A stretch of 64,000 nt of DNA from an uncultured Chloroflexia bacterium (GCA_963748065.1 CAVVHL010000015.1:422-64421); one strand, 5' to 3'. Shown: positions 27,783 to 38,798, numbered from the stretch's first letter. The notes: a model not told the origin generated them from the letters alone. Numbers and translations: made by a program.

Positions 27783-30658
27783 ATGGTATTCATGTGCCTA
27801 AATAGATCTACTTCTCGTTCATCTTCATTCTTGTTGATCATTACATTGTTATTTGCGTTGACCTTTTCCGCCCAGGATATCATACCTGTTCAAGCGGCAG
27901 GGGTTCGCCATGTCAAACCAGCTGCAAGCGGAACGGGGGATTGTTCCAGTTGGGAGGATGCCTGTACATTACAAACCGCGCTAACCGACGCGATCAGTGG
28001 TGATGAAATTTGGGTCTTTGCCGGGACTTATACCCCTGGTCCACTTCGCACGGATACCTTCCAACTAAAGGCTGGCGTCGGTCTCTATGGTGGTTTCTTT
28101 GGGACTGAGACGGTACGCGATGATCGTATCCCAACAGTTTTTATTACCACCCTCAGCGGTGATATTGGCACGCAAGAAGATAACAGCGACAATTCATATC
28201 ACGTTGTCACAGGCGTAACCGGGGCGACCAGCGCGACGATTCTGGATGGCTTCACTATCACTGGGGGAAATGCTAATGGCGCTACTAGTCCCAATAATTG
28301 CGGTGGCGGGATGTACAACCCTACCAGCAGTCCAACATTAGATGAACCTTACTTTCATCGGCAATTCGGCTGGCATTTGTGGCGGCGGGATGACCAACAC
28401 ATCAAGCAGTCCGTGGCTTACGAACGTTACTTTTGGCAATAATTCGGCTGGGTCGAGAGGTGGCGGGATGTATAACTTTACTAGCAGTCCGCATCTTTGG
28501 AACGTTACCTTCAGCGAAAATTCGGCTGGGTCGGAAGGCGGCGCAATGTACAACGACAACCAGCAGTCCTAACTTTTGGAATGTTACCTTTAGCGATAAT
28601 TCGGCTTGGATCGGAAGGCGGCGGGATGTATAACTTTACCAGCTATCCAATAATCTATAACACGATCTTCTGGGGTAATACAGCTCCTAACGGTGCGCAA
28701 ATTTTCAACGCCACTGCTGGGGCTCCCATTGTAAACGATAGTGTCGTGGAGGGCGGGTGCCCTGCTTTAAGCACTTGTACGAACATCATCATTACTGACC
28801 CCCATCTCGGTCCATTGGGAGATTACGGCGGTTTCACCCCAACTATCCCGCTCATGATGGGTTCATCTGCAATTGACGCGCTCCCAACTGGTACGAATGG
28901 CTGCGGCACAACTATCACAACCGACCAGCGTGGGGTGGAACGTCCGCAAAGCTCTGATTGTGACATCGGCGCGTTTGAGCAAGATGACTTCACCGCACCC
29001 AGTGTGATCTCATTCAACCTGAAGACACCGGCTACAAATCCCACTAATGCGGAGACGCTCACCTTCCTGGCTACATTCAGCGAACGGATGGCGGATGTGG
29101 ATATTGCTGATTTCGTTAATAACTCTTCAAGCACTGCAACAGTCACCGCTGTCTCCTATGTTACCAACGGCATGTATGATGTGACAATCTCTGGTGGCGA
29201 TTTGGCAAGTTTCAATGGTGAGGTCAACCTCAATTTTAGTACGTCAGCAACCATTACAGATCTGGCCGGTAATGTTCTGCCGGTTACCGAACCTGGCATT
29301 GACCAGACCTACGAGATTGATACAATTGCACCGGACACGCAAATTGACACCCAGCCTGCCAATCCGAACAACAGCACCAGTGCCAGTTTCAACTTCTCCA
29401 GTGCAGATGTCTCATCCACGTTTGAATGTTCACTGGAAGGTGGTGTTTATGCTGGCTGCACTAACCCCAAGAACTACACCGGGCTAGAAGAAGGTTCACA
29501 CATCTTCGCAGCCCGCGCCAAAGACACGGCGGGCAATGTGGACGCCACTCCGGCTTCCTACACCTGGGTGGTCGATACAACTGCACCAACGATCACGATC
29601 ACCGAACCTGACACCAGCGCAGCGCTGAGCAAAACCATCACAGCCAGTGCTTCGGACGGCACGTTGACGATGAGCAATACCACCGGTATAACCTGTGATG
29701 GCACCTTGACGTTTGTTACGTATTCCAGCCAGATATTTTCATCTGAGTTCTGATAACGGCATAAAGGTATGTTATAAGGCAGTAGACGCTCTCGCGAATA
29801 CCGCTTACAACCTGTCTGAGGCTATCTCAGGCATCGATACAACTGCGCCGACGATCACGATCGCCCAACCTGACACCAGTCCAGCGCTGAGCAAAACCAT
29901 CACAGCCAGTGCTTCGGACGGCACGTTGACGATGAGCAATACCACCGGTTCAACCTGTGATGGCACCTTGTCGTTTGTTACGTATTCCAGCCAAACATTT
30001 TCATCTGAGTTTGATAATGGCACAAAAGTATGTTACAAGGCAGTAGACGCTCTCGGGAATACCGCTTACAATCTGTCTGAGGCTATCGAAGGTATCGATA
30101 CCACTGCACCAACGATCACGATCACCGAACCTGACACCAGTCCAGCGCTGAGCAAAACCATCACAGCCAGTGCTTCGGACGGCACGTTGACGATGAGCAA
30201 TACCACCGGTATAACCTGTGATGGCACCTTGACGTTTGTTACCTATTCCAGCCAGGTATTTTCATCTGAGTTTGATAACGGCATAAAGGTATGCTATAAG
30301 GCAGTAGACGCTCTCGCGAATACCGTTTACAACCTATCTGAGGCTATCACAGGCATCGATACAACTGCACCGACGATCACGATCACCGAACCTGACACCA
30401 ATGTAGCGTCATACAAAACCATCACAGCCAGTACGCCGGACGGGACGTTGACGATGAGCAATACCACCGGTTCAACCTGTGATGGCACCTTGTCGTTTGT
30501 TACGTATTCCAGCCAAACATTTTCATCTGAGTTCTGATAATGGCACAAAAGTATGTTACCAGGCAGTAGACGCTCTCGGGAATACCGCTTACAATCTGTC
30601 TAACGCTATCGAGGGCATAATTCTATTTACCATATTCCTGCCGGTGTTTCTGCGCTGA
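27783..30658 (+). CDS. secreted parallel beta-helix (Pmp-type repeat) adhesin-like protein with Ig-like domains and 4 x 87-aa repeats; five frame breaks
   Basis: Signal peptide present. Repeats 'GGGMYN.TSSP.L.NVTF..NSAG' span frames 27783.., 28342.., 28433.. and 28497.. (breaks near 28339, 28560, 28608). 'TDQRGVERPQSSDCDIGAFE' block. 'DT.AP' Ig-like units. Extra C at 29750 and 30534. The reconstructed frame ends '...NAIEGIILFTIFLPVFLR*' at 30658. Confidence 0.7.
29574..30618 (+). repeat. 4 x 261-bp tandem repeat in a-b-a-b order (522-bp super-repeat)
   Basis: Units start at 29574, 29836, 30097 and 30358. Copies 1/3 share 'ITCDGTLTF...DNGIKVCYKAVDALANT'. Copies 2/4 share 'STCDGTLSF...DNGTKVCYKAVDALGNT'. 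Confidence 0.9.
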
Positions 30659-31208
30659 AATCTCTGCCAAAAATATGCAGGGAGACTATCCCATCTACCT
30701 GTCTCACTGCCAAAAGGCCTTTCCAGTAATACATATCAACGTTGGCTGTTGACCTTACCCCAAAATATATACCAGCCATTATGATAGTCAAACCGACTGA
30801 ACATGGGTGGGTTGAATTAAGATAGCCATAGGCACAGGGGGTAATATCATAGCGAACCATGTGGTCGAACCTTGATGAAATCCTCACCTCAATAAAGCAG
30901 AATATTCCGATAAATTCGAAGTAAATTTGTCGTAACGAATTATGCTCAAGGTCCTTGAGTAGGCATAAAGAGATTCGAATCAATTATCTCGCGAATCATG
31001 ACATGATTCCAGTAAGTATATAAATAAGGTACTTTATTTAGCATGCATTTTTGTTGATAAAGTCCAACAGAAAAATCTATATGAATTCGGTATATAATTA
31101 GATATATTAAATCCCACACCATCAAGATATAAAAGACACATAAACGCGAATGACTGGGGTAATGAGCAGCCCAAGGTACCGCCTAAGGCTTTACGAGGGG
31201 ATGTTAAA

Positions 31209-33455
31209 ATGGAAATATTAGAAAAAGATATCCTGGAACTCGCCGAGAGCATCATCAATACGATTCGTCACCCTTTGATCGTTTTGGATAAATGACCTCA
31301 GGGTAATCACTGCCAGCCGTTCCTTTTATGAATTCTTTAAAGTAAAACCTGAAGAGACTATAGGGCAACTTGTCTATGACTTAGGCAATAATCAGTGGGA
31401 TATCCCCAAGCTACGAGAATTATTGGAATCCATCCTGCCCAATAAATCACACTTTGATAACTATATTGTTGAACATAATTTTGAAGCTATCGGCAGGCGT
31501 ATCATGGTATTAAATGCCAGCCAGATGCAAGGGTTGCCAGAAAAGGAACAGGTCATCCTTCTGGCCCTCGAGGACATCAGCCAGCGCAGATATTTTGAAG
31601 TTAAATTGGAAAAAGTCCCAATACCATTGGAAGTAGATAATAAATCCATATCAAGATCTCTTGAATACACCCAAGGTATTTTAAACACTATTCGTGAAAT
31701 CTCTAATTGTTTTAGATAATGATCTTAGGATATTGTTTGCCAGCCGTTTCTTTTATGAATTCTTTAAAGTAAAACCTGAAGAGACAATAGGGAAGCTTAT
31801 TTATAACATAGGCAACAATCAGTGGGATATGCCCAAGCTGCGGGAACTGCTGGAATCTATTCTCCCCCATCAAATAACCATTGAAAACTATGAGCTTGAA
31901 CTCGATTTTATGACCATCGGCAAGCGTATCATGCTTATAAATGCCAGGCAGATCCAAGGGTTGCTAGGAAAGGAACAGATCATCCTTCTGGCCATCGAGG
32001 ACATCACCGAAGCGAAACAAGTGGAGGAGGAAAGAATCAGGAGTTTGGCAAGATTCCCTGACGAGAACCCCCACCCGGTTTTAAGGATATCCAAAGAGGG
32101 AAAAATCATTTATGCTAACGAACCCAGCAGAGCTATGCTAAATATGTGGGGCAAATCAGTCGGAGAAAATGTACCTACAAATTGGAAAAATAATATCTCC
32201 AAATCGTTTAAATCTGGTGATATCCTGGAATTTATAGAAATTGTTGAGAGCAATACTTTTTCATTTATCCTTTTACCAATTACAGAAATGGATTATCTCA
32301 ATGTCTATGGGAAGGACATAACCGATACGCGATCGCGCATATCGACTTTTAAATTCCCTCAACGAGGCTTCTACTGCCATGGAGTCAATTCTGGATTTTG
32401 AAGAGGTTTTCAGCGTGATCAATAAGCAACTCAAAGAGTTTGGGTTTTTTACAGTGCTATTTCAGGTTGATGAAACCCAAACCAACATTTCACCACGATT
32501 TCTTTCCATGGAATCAAAAGTATTCAAGGCTTTAGAAAAACTTCTGGGGTTAAAAATGTCGGATTTATGGATTCCGATCGAATCGATTGACGTTTTTAGT
32601 CATGTTGTACAGGAAAAAGAAACTGTTATTTCGGAAAATATATTTCAGTTAATTAAACAGATGATGCCCCACCATTTTAAAAAGATTGTGACTATTGTTC
32701 CAAAGTATCTGAAAGAAATGAATGGTATTTTTGCTCCTCTGATAATTGAAGATGCTGTTAAGTGGGTCCTCGGAGTATCCTCGAAGGACCTTACCAAGGC
32801 AGATATCCAAGCTATCACAGCCTTTGCTCATGAGATGGTAAACACCTGGAATAGAACCAAATTAATACAGGATCTGAAAAAAACCATAGAGGGAACCATC
32901 CACATACTCGCAGCAACCGTTGAAACACGTGATCCGTATACAGCCGGCCATCAGGAAAATGTATCTGAACTGGCTGTCGCCATTGCTAATGAAATGCATC
33001 TTACTGAACAGCAGGTTGAAGGCATTCGTATGGCTGGATTGATCCACGATCTGGGAAAGATCCAGGTTCCAGCAGAAATTCTAAGTAAACCTGGAAAGAT
33101 ATCTGAACTTGAATTTGAATTGATCAAAATACATCCCCAGGTCGGTTATGATCTTTTAAAAGATATTGAGTTCTCATGGCCGATAGCCGATATAGTTCAT
33201 CAACACCATGAGAAGATGGATGGCTCTGGTTACCCGCAGGGGTTGAAAGGTGACGAGATTTTAATTGAGGCCAGGATCCTGACTGTGGCAGATATCGTTG
33301 AGGCCATGTCCTCCCACCGACCATATCGGCCTGCATTAGGCATTAAAAAGGCTTTGGATCAAATCAAGCAAGATAGGGGTGTTCTATTGGATACCCATGT
33401 CGTTGATGCTTGTTTGAAGATATTTAAGGAGGGGTATCAGTTACCGGAGGATTAA
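31209..33455 (+). CDS. PAS-PAS-(PAS/linker)-HD-GYP signalling protein (c-di-GMP phosphodiesterase type); three frame breaks
   Basis: GAGGGG lies 8 nt before ATG 31209. Two 142-aa PAS units 'LIVLD.DLR......FYEFFKVKPEETIG.L.Y..GNNQWD.PKLRELLESILP'. C-terminal 'HDLGK' and 'HHEKMDGSGYPQG'. Breaks near 31286 (aaa where the paralogous unit has aa), 31697 and 32330. Confidence 0.75.
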
Positions 33456-34049
33456 TAATTTCAAGCTTTCTGATCAGGGTGAAGTGATTACTAAATTTAG
33501 GCGAATGGGGGCAATCGCACGGTATTTTTCAAATAAAGAATTTACTTGCGGTATATCAAAAGATAATAATTTCTATGTTATTTTAAGATAAAAGTTATCG
33601 AAACCACACCCTCACGGACTTAGATAAATATCCATATTTGTATACAGAATCATAATCTTCAATATCCTTAGATGCGAACTTCAAACCTGACAGAAGATAA
33701 CTCTATTTTTATGGGATGATATTTTTATGCTAGGGCTCGCGACCGAGCGAATTTTGGAGCGATTCCTATAGGGTTATATTCTTTCATTTATCAGAGAATA
33801 TTTGTATACCAATGGTTTGCGTTACCTGCAGACGGTTTTATCAGACAACTCCTTTGCAATCAATACCTTGCAGGTGAAATGCCTGACCATGCAGTTCAGT
33901 ATCTAGGGGGATTGTGCATTATTAAAAGATTAGTATTGAAATTGTCGTCACGTATGCATATCTAATATATGATATATTGTTATTATATTTAATCGGATCC
34001 CACAAAAGATACATCGAACACAAACACTTAATTTTATGGGGAGGTTTGA

Positions 34050-34799
34050 ATGGTCCATAAAAAATTTTTTATTTTCATTATGTCAATGATTCTGCAAGTA
34101 TTCATGTTAATGGGCTGCAGCTCAACTCCGGAACAGGTTATGCCAACGACCGAACAAACATCTGTTCCTACGGACCAAACGTACCCTACTATTGAAGAAA
34201 CCTCTCTCCCGGCAGATCCAATTACTCCTCCGGTTGAGGACAATTCTCCTACACCGGAAGTATCTAAAGTATGGTCAGATGACTTCGAGGATGAGAATTT
34301 GGACGGGTGGGATACTTGGAATGCAGATGGTAGTTTTTATGTAGAAAACGGCATATTAACATCAACGCTTAGAGGTGATTTATCTCACCTAAGCTCAATA
34401 TTATTTGGAACCTGGAGTTTCGATCTATATATAGATCCTAATGATTCAGGAGCGACGCATGAGTTTCGTTTTACAGAAGGGGTAACCAACTTTCAGAATT
34501 TAGAAATAAGACAATTCCAAAATACTCAGATATGGATCACCACCCAAAACGATTACTCTGAAACATTTCGTACCTATGTGGATTTGGGGGAAAAATTAGA
34601 GGGTTGGCACCATTTTGATATAACGAAAGGTGAGAGCGGTCTGATTAAGGCTTACCTGGATGGTGAATTTCTATTCGGGCATTTCGATGAAAGGTCATTC
34701 AATTCTGAAATCATTAATCATCATGTATTGTTGTAAAGGTCCTGTGTTGGACAATCTGGAAGTTCAAGACCAGATTATTGAAATCTTACCAAATGAATA
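34050..34799 (+). CDS. secreted lipoprotein, possible concanavalin/LamG-like jelly-roll domain; possible frame break near 34710
   Basis: Lipobox 'LMGC' and a Thr/Pro linker. 'WSDDFEDENLDGWDTWNADGSFYVENGILT' is typical of jelly-roll lectin-like domains. The +1 frame continues 'IIMYCCKGPVLDNLEVQDQIIEILPNE*' to 34799. Confidence 0.5.
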
Positions 34800-35152
34800 A
34801 CACAAGAAAAGTGACCTGACTTCATACATGTAACAATCTCTATGAGAGACTAGCGAGTTGGATTTGGTTAGGTCGAAAAAAGATTTTCACGGATTTATTT
34901 GTTGTGTCACACGCCTGAACGTTTAGGTACACATATAGACGGAATACACGTAGTCAGAAGAATTGAGTTGTAATAGCCGGTTAATCAACTTGCTTTAAGA
35001 GTAACAATCTGTACGACGTAAAAACCCCTGGATCATTTTTAATTGATTTCAGTAGGTCTCCAATATAAACGCGACACCGATTCATTGACAATATTAGGAC
35101 ATTAGCTCCACAATATTTTAAATTAAACAATTTTATCCAAAGCGTCCCAGCG

Positions 35153-35201
35153 GCTTTCTAAGCCACCAGGATGCCGCCTAACAAACGGAGGCGCATTTTG
35201 C
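35153..35201 (+). repeat. 49-nt repeat, copy 2 (partner at 27317..27365)
   Basis: gctttctaagccaccaggatgccgcctaacaaacggaggcgcattttgc. The flanks are unrelated to those of copy 1. Confidence 0.9.
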
Positions 35202-35336
35202 TTATAGTGGGTGATCGGCGCTGTTAGTTAAAATCAAAACTAATTCAGAAATCTTTTGAATAGCCGGTTTGGTTTATGGAATGATTTTCTTTATAATCAC
35301 AAATGAAAAGAAAGTTGTATCCCGATCTGGGAAACC

Positions 35337-35864
35337 CTATAGCTCCAACTCCACTAATAACACCCAAGCATTTTGTGATGCTGAACCTAAAAGAAGAATA
35401 ATGATTAATACAATACCATATAAACTGACTTCTTTCTGGAGCAAAATTCCTACTGAAAGTAAAACTAATGCCCCCAGACAAATAATGGGCATAATAAATC
35501 TCGAAGTAATATCGAGCTTTAGCCCTTTCTTTTGTTTATTTCTAGCTTTTCGTTGTTGAAGAATTGTATTAATTCCACCCACAATTCCTAAGATCATTAT
35601 TAAAATTCCTAAACCAATTGAAGTAATATTTGGAATGAGGAAAAGTACAGCCAAGATAAAAATATAAAAAAAGCTATTAAAGGTAAGCGCTGCAAAAAGA
35701 CGTAAATTTCCAGAGAATTTATTCCGAAACAGTTCTACATTTATCGAAATTGCAATAAATAATAATCCAATCAGAGTAACGCCAGCTGTTCCAGTTAGTA
35801 AATAGAAAGTTTCCCATGTGTGTATCGCTTCCGTAAACGTATCCATTTGTTCTTCTTTCTGCAA
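35337..35864 (-). CDS. hypothetical integral membrane protein (about 5 TM segments)
   Basis: 175-aa ORF with five long hydrophobic segments and a central basic loop 'QQRKARNKQKKGLK'. I recognise no family motif. Confidence 0.5.
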   Translation of the reverse strand: MQKEEQMDTFTEAIHTWETFYLLTGTAGVTLIGLLFIAISINVELFRNKFSGNLRLFAALTFNSFFYIFILAVLFLIPNITSIGLGILIMILGIVGGINTILQQRKARNKQKKGLKLDITSRFIMPIICLGALVLLSVGILLQKEVSLYGIVLIIILLLGSASQNAWVLLVELEL

Positions 35865-36254
35865 TCCTGCCTATTTAGAATGATCTAATTCCCCTTCTTT
35901 AAAAGCAGCTTTAGCCGTCTAAATTTTCCTTCTCCTTGACACACTCTCCTTTTGTTAAAGCAGCTTGCTGGCCTCTTTCACTTTCTTGCTTTGACCGATC
36001 TAGATCTTTTTCTCTCGAAGTTTGGTGATGATTTGTTCGGAGGGGATAAAATTGTCTTCTTCCCATTACTAACCTCCAATTTCTCCAAATACTATCACAA
36101 TATCTGGATCAGTTCTTAATAATCAGGTCAATTTTACATATAATTTTGGATTGGTCGGTGCAAAATGGAGAATTCATTTTTGCATTCACTCTAAAACTAT
36201 TTTAGTATGGTTTTAGAGCGGCAACAAATTTGTATTTTTCCTATTAATATGTCA

Positions 36255-37478
36255 TCAATTGGACACCTTCTGGTAACATGGACTTTCATCATCCAAATCT
36301 GAATGCCTGCTTTTATCTCCCCGAGCGGTAATAAATGCACCTACCATAAATAGGCTAGATGTGACACCTAACGCCCACGGACCAAGAGACGAAAGCAGAA
36401 CACCGCCCAAACCGGGTGTAGCTATTTGGGCGAGGGTTTGCATGGAATTTGCTATCCCCAACGTGCCGCCGACATCTTCCTTATAGACAGCTTTTGTGAT
36501 TTGACTGGTGAGAACGGTATTAAGAATTCCAGCACTCAATGCGATGGGAGCCAATACCACCAGCAACAGCCAAATGTTCTTTGTGAGCCCCCAGGCTAGC
36601 AATGTCACAGCCAATAAAATAACGCTGGAGGTGATTAATTGACGCTCTTTGAATTTGTCCGTTAGCTTACCAATTGCAAACCCTTGAACAAGCACCGAAA
36701 GTAGACCTACATAAGTTAAAACCAGTCCTGTATTTTGCACATCGAGATTCAAAACTGATTTTGCATATAAAGCAAAATTCGATTGGAAAAGTGTGAACGC
36801 AAAACTGTAAAATAAGCGTATCATCAACAACGGCCCAACACACGGCCGGCGCAATTCATCGACCAGGTTGGCAAGGTTGAACCGTGTGTGTGGATTGATG
36901 CGCATTTGCTGACGTTCTGAGGGCGGCAACGATTCTGGCAACCAGATGATGATGGCAATCAGATTTAAGAAGGAAAGTACAGCAGCAACAAAGGCAGGGA
37001 CACTCAATCCAATCGTGCTTAAAAATCCTCCCATAACAGGGCCGATGATGAAACCTAGTCCGAAGGCTGCCCCGATTAGCCCCAATCTTTTCGCTCGATC
37101 TTTAGGTTCTGAAATATCCGTAATATATGCTCGTGCTAGAGAAGTGTTGCCTCCCAAAAGTCCATCCACTGCCCGGCTGAGGAAGATCATCCATAGGCTG
37201 TTTGCAAAACCGAGAAGCAAAAAACCAAGAACCGTCCCTGAGACAGCCAGGATCAAGAGAGGTCGCCTGCCGTAGCGATCTGATAACCGCCCAATGATGG
37301 GCGCTGCGATTAACTGTCCTATGGCATTAACTGTACCAAGTAATCCAACTAGCGTGAGGGTTGCGCCGAAATCGCTGGCATAAAAGGGAAGTAGGGGAAG
37401 GATCAGGCTGTAGCCCAGGAGATCCAGGAATACAAAACCAAAGATCAGGATGAATTGTTTGTTTTCAGATTTTTTCAT
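36255..37478 (-). CDS. MFS transporter (drug:H+ antiporter-like)
   Basis: Start taken at 'MKKSENKQFILIFGF' (ATG 37478). MFS motif A 'GRLSDRYGRRPLL'. About 12 hydrophobic segments. Confidence 0.8.
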   Translation of the reverse strand: MKKSENKQFILIFGFVFLDLLGYSLILPLLPFYASDFGATLTLVGLLGTVNAIGQLIAAPIIGRLSDRYGRRPLLILAVSGTVLGFLLLGFANSLWMIFLSRAVDGLLGGNTSLARAYITDISEPKDRAKRLGLIGAAFGLGFIIGPVMGGFLSTIGLSVPAFVAAVLSFLNLIAIIIWLPESLPPSERQQMRINPHTRFNLANLVDELRRPCVGPLLMIRLFYSFAFTLFQSNFALYAKSVLNLDVQNTGLVLTYVGLLSVLVQGFAIGKLTDKFKERQLITSSVILLAVTLLAWGLTKNIWLLLVVLAPIALSAGILNTVLTSQITKAVYKEDVGGTLGIANSMQTLAQIATPGLGGVLLSSLGPWALGVTSSLFMVGAFITARGDKSRHSDLDDESPCYQKVSN

Positions 37479-37680
37479 AAATTTGTTCTCATTGCGGTTT
37501 GTAATGTCAGGACAATTTTTGACTTTTATTGGGATAACCAATTTACTCTATCCACTATCATAAAAACTATACTGCTATTTTTGCTTAATTTTTTGCATTT
37601 GTACAAGCTTGAATAGAAAATTTTCTAACACTAAACTTAGTTAATTACATTGGAGGCTCTTTTCTTTAACCGAATACAGA

Positions 37681-37712
37681 AATGCCCGTCCTATCTTAAT
37701 CGGACGGGCATT
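37681..37712 (-). terminator. terminator hairpin closing the 37.7-64 kb minus-strand cluster
   Basis: 11-bp stem aatgcccgtcc / ggacgggcatt, 28 nt after the stop of 37740..38798. On the minus strand it is followed by 'tctgtattcgg', a weak and interrupted U-tract. Confidence 0.6.
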
Positions 37713-37739
37713 TTGTTTCCTTCGATTTACAATTCTGTC

Positions 37740-38798
37740 TTACATCAGCAGGCTCATCACCGCTTTCTGGGCATGCAGGCGGTTCTCAGCTTCATCAAAG
37801 ATCGCTGAGCGCCAGCCGAGGCCTTCCGTCTTGTCCATCACATCATTGTTCACTTCGTAGCCGCGGTCCGCGGGCAGGCAGTGCATGTAGATGGCTTTCT
37901 TGTCGCAGGTATCCATCAGTTCGCTGGTGGTCTTCCAGTCCTTGAAGGAATCCATGATCTCCTGCGATTTATCGAAGTCATATTCCCCAACCGGGGGCTG
38001 GAACAGGGTCACAGGCGCCCAGGCCTTGGGATAAACGGCGTTCGCGCCTTTGAAACCTTCTGCGAAATCGTTGGTGATCTTGAACGAGCCGCCTGCGTCA
38101 TCGGCGTAGGTCTCGCACTGCTGGATGATATCGGGCGCCAGGTCGAAGCCCTTCGGATGCGCCAAAGTCACGTTCATGCCCAGCATGGTTGCATAGAGGA
38201 TCGCCGACTGTGGGACCGCACGCGGTTTGTGCACGCTGGGTGAATAGGCCCAGGACATGGTGAAGTTCACGCCCTTGAAGCCGCCGAACTCTTCCTTCAC
38301 CGTGAGCATATCGGCCAGACCCTGGAATGGATGGTAAATGTCATCTTCCATGTTCAGGACCGGGATATCAGACCAGCGAGCGAATTCCTGCAGCAATTTA
38401 TGTGAGCCGCCATATTCCCATTCCACCGGGTCACCGTAGCAGCGGATTGCAATGGCATCACCCATTCGGCTGAGCACACGAGCCACATCAGAAACCCGCT
38501 CAGTGCTGTAGGCGACTTCTTTGCCTTCCAGTGCAGGGGTATAGATCTTGTTGGGGTCCAGGAAATGCGCGTGCCCGCCAAGCTGGGTCATGCCCGCCTC
38601 GAATGAGTTGCGCGTGCGCAAAGACTGGTTATAGAACAGCATAAAGAGTGTCTTCGTGCGCAGCAGGTCATCATGGAAAATGCCCATTGCCTTTTGCTGC
38701 TTCAATTCCTCTGCCACATCGAGGATCGTGTTAATCTCCTGAGGCGTGAAATCCGTTTCAGCTAAGAAATCACGACCTTTGAAACCTGTTGTCTTCAT
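37740..38798 (-). CDS. knotted carbamoyltransferase, YgeW / N-acyl-ornithine transcarbamylase-like
   Basis: 352 aa. Carbamoyl-phosphate motifs 'SLRTR', 'HPFQ' and 'HCLPADRG'. 'MSWAYSPSVHKPRAVPQ' and 'VYPKAWAP' resemble the YgeW-type knot region as I recall it. The C-terminal 'DEAENRLHAQKAVM' resembles AOTCase. Confidence 0.8.
   Translation of the reverse strand: MKTTGFKGRDFLAETDFTPQEINTILDVAEELKQQKAMGIFHDDLLRTKTLFMLFYNQSLRTRNSFEAGMTQLGGHAHFLDPNKIYTPALEGKEVAYSTERVSDVARVLSRMGDAIAIRCYGDPVEWEYGGSHKLLQEFARWSDIPVLNMEDDIYHPFQGLADMLTVKEEFGGFKGVNFTMSWAYSPSVHKPRAVPQSAILYATMLGMNVTLAHPKGFDLAPDIIQQCETYADDAGGSFKITNDFAEGFKGANAVYPKAWAPVTLFQPPVGEYDFDKSQEIMDSFKDWKTTSELMDTCDKKAIYMHCLPADRGYEVNNDVMDKTEGLGWRSAIFDEAENRLHAQKAVMSLLM

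Noticed and set aside
30627-31258. Minus-strand ORFs 30627..30983 (118 aa) and 31034..31258 (74 aa) in the AT-rich spacer after the repeat array.
   Set aside because: No motifs and no convincing ribosome-binding sites. The composition is typical of random ORFs in AT-rich DNA, and the second overlaps the well-supported start of the PAS/HD-GYP gene. Not reported as genes.
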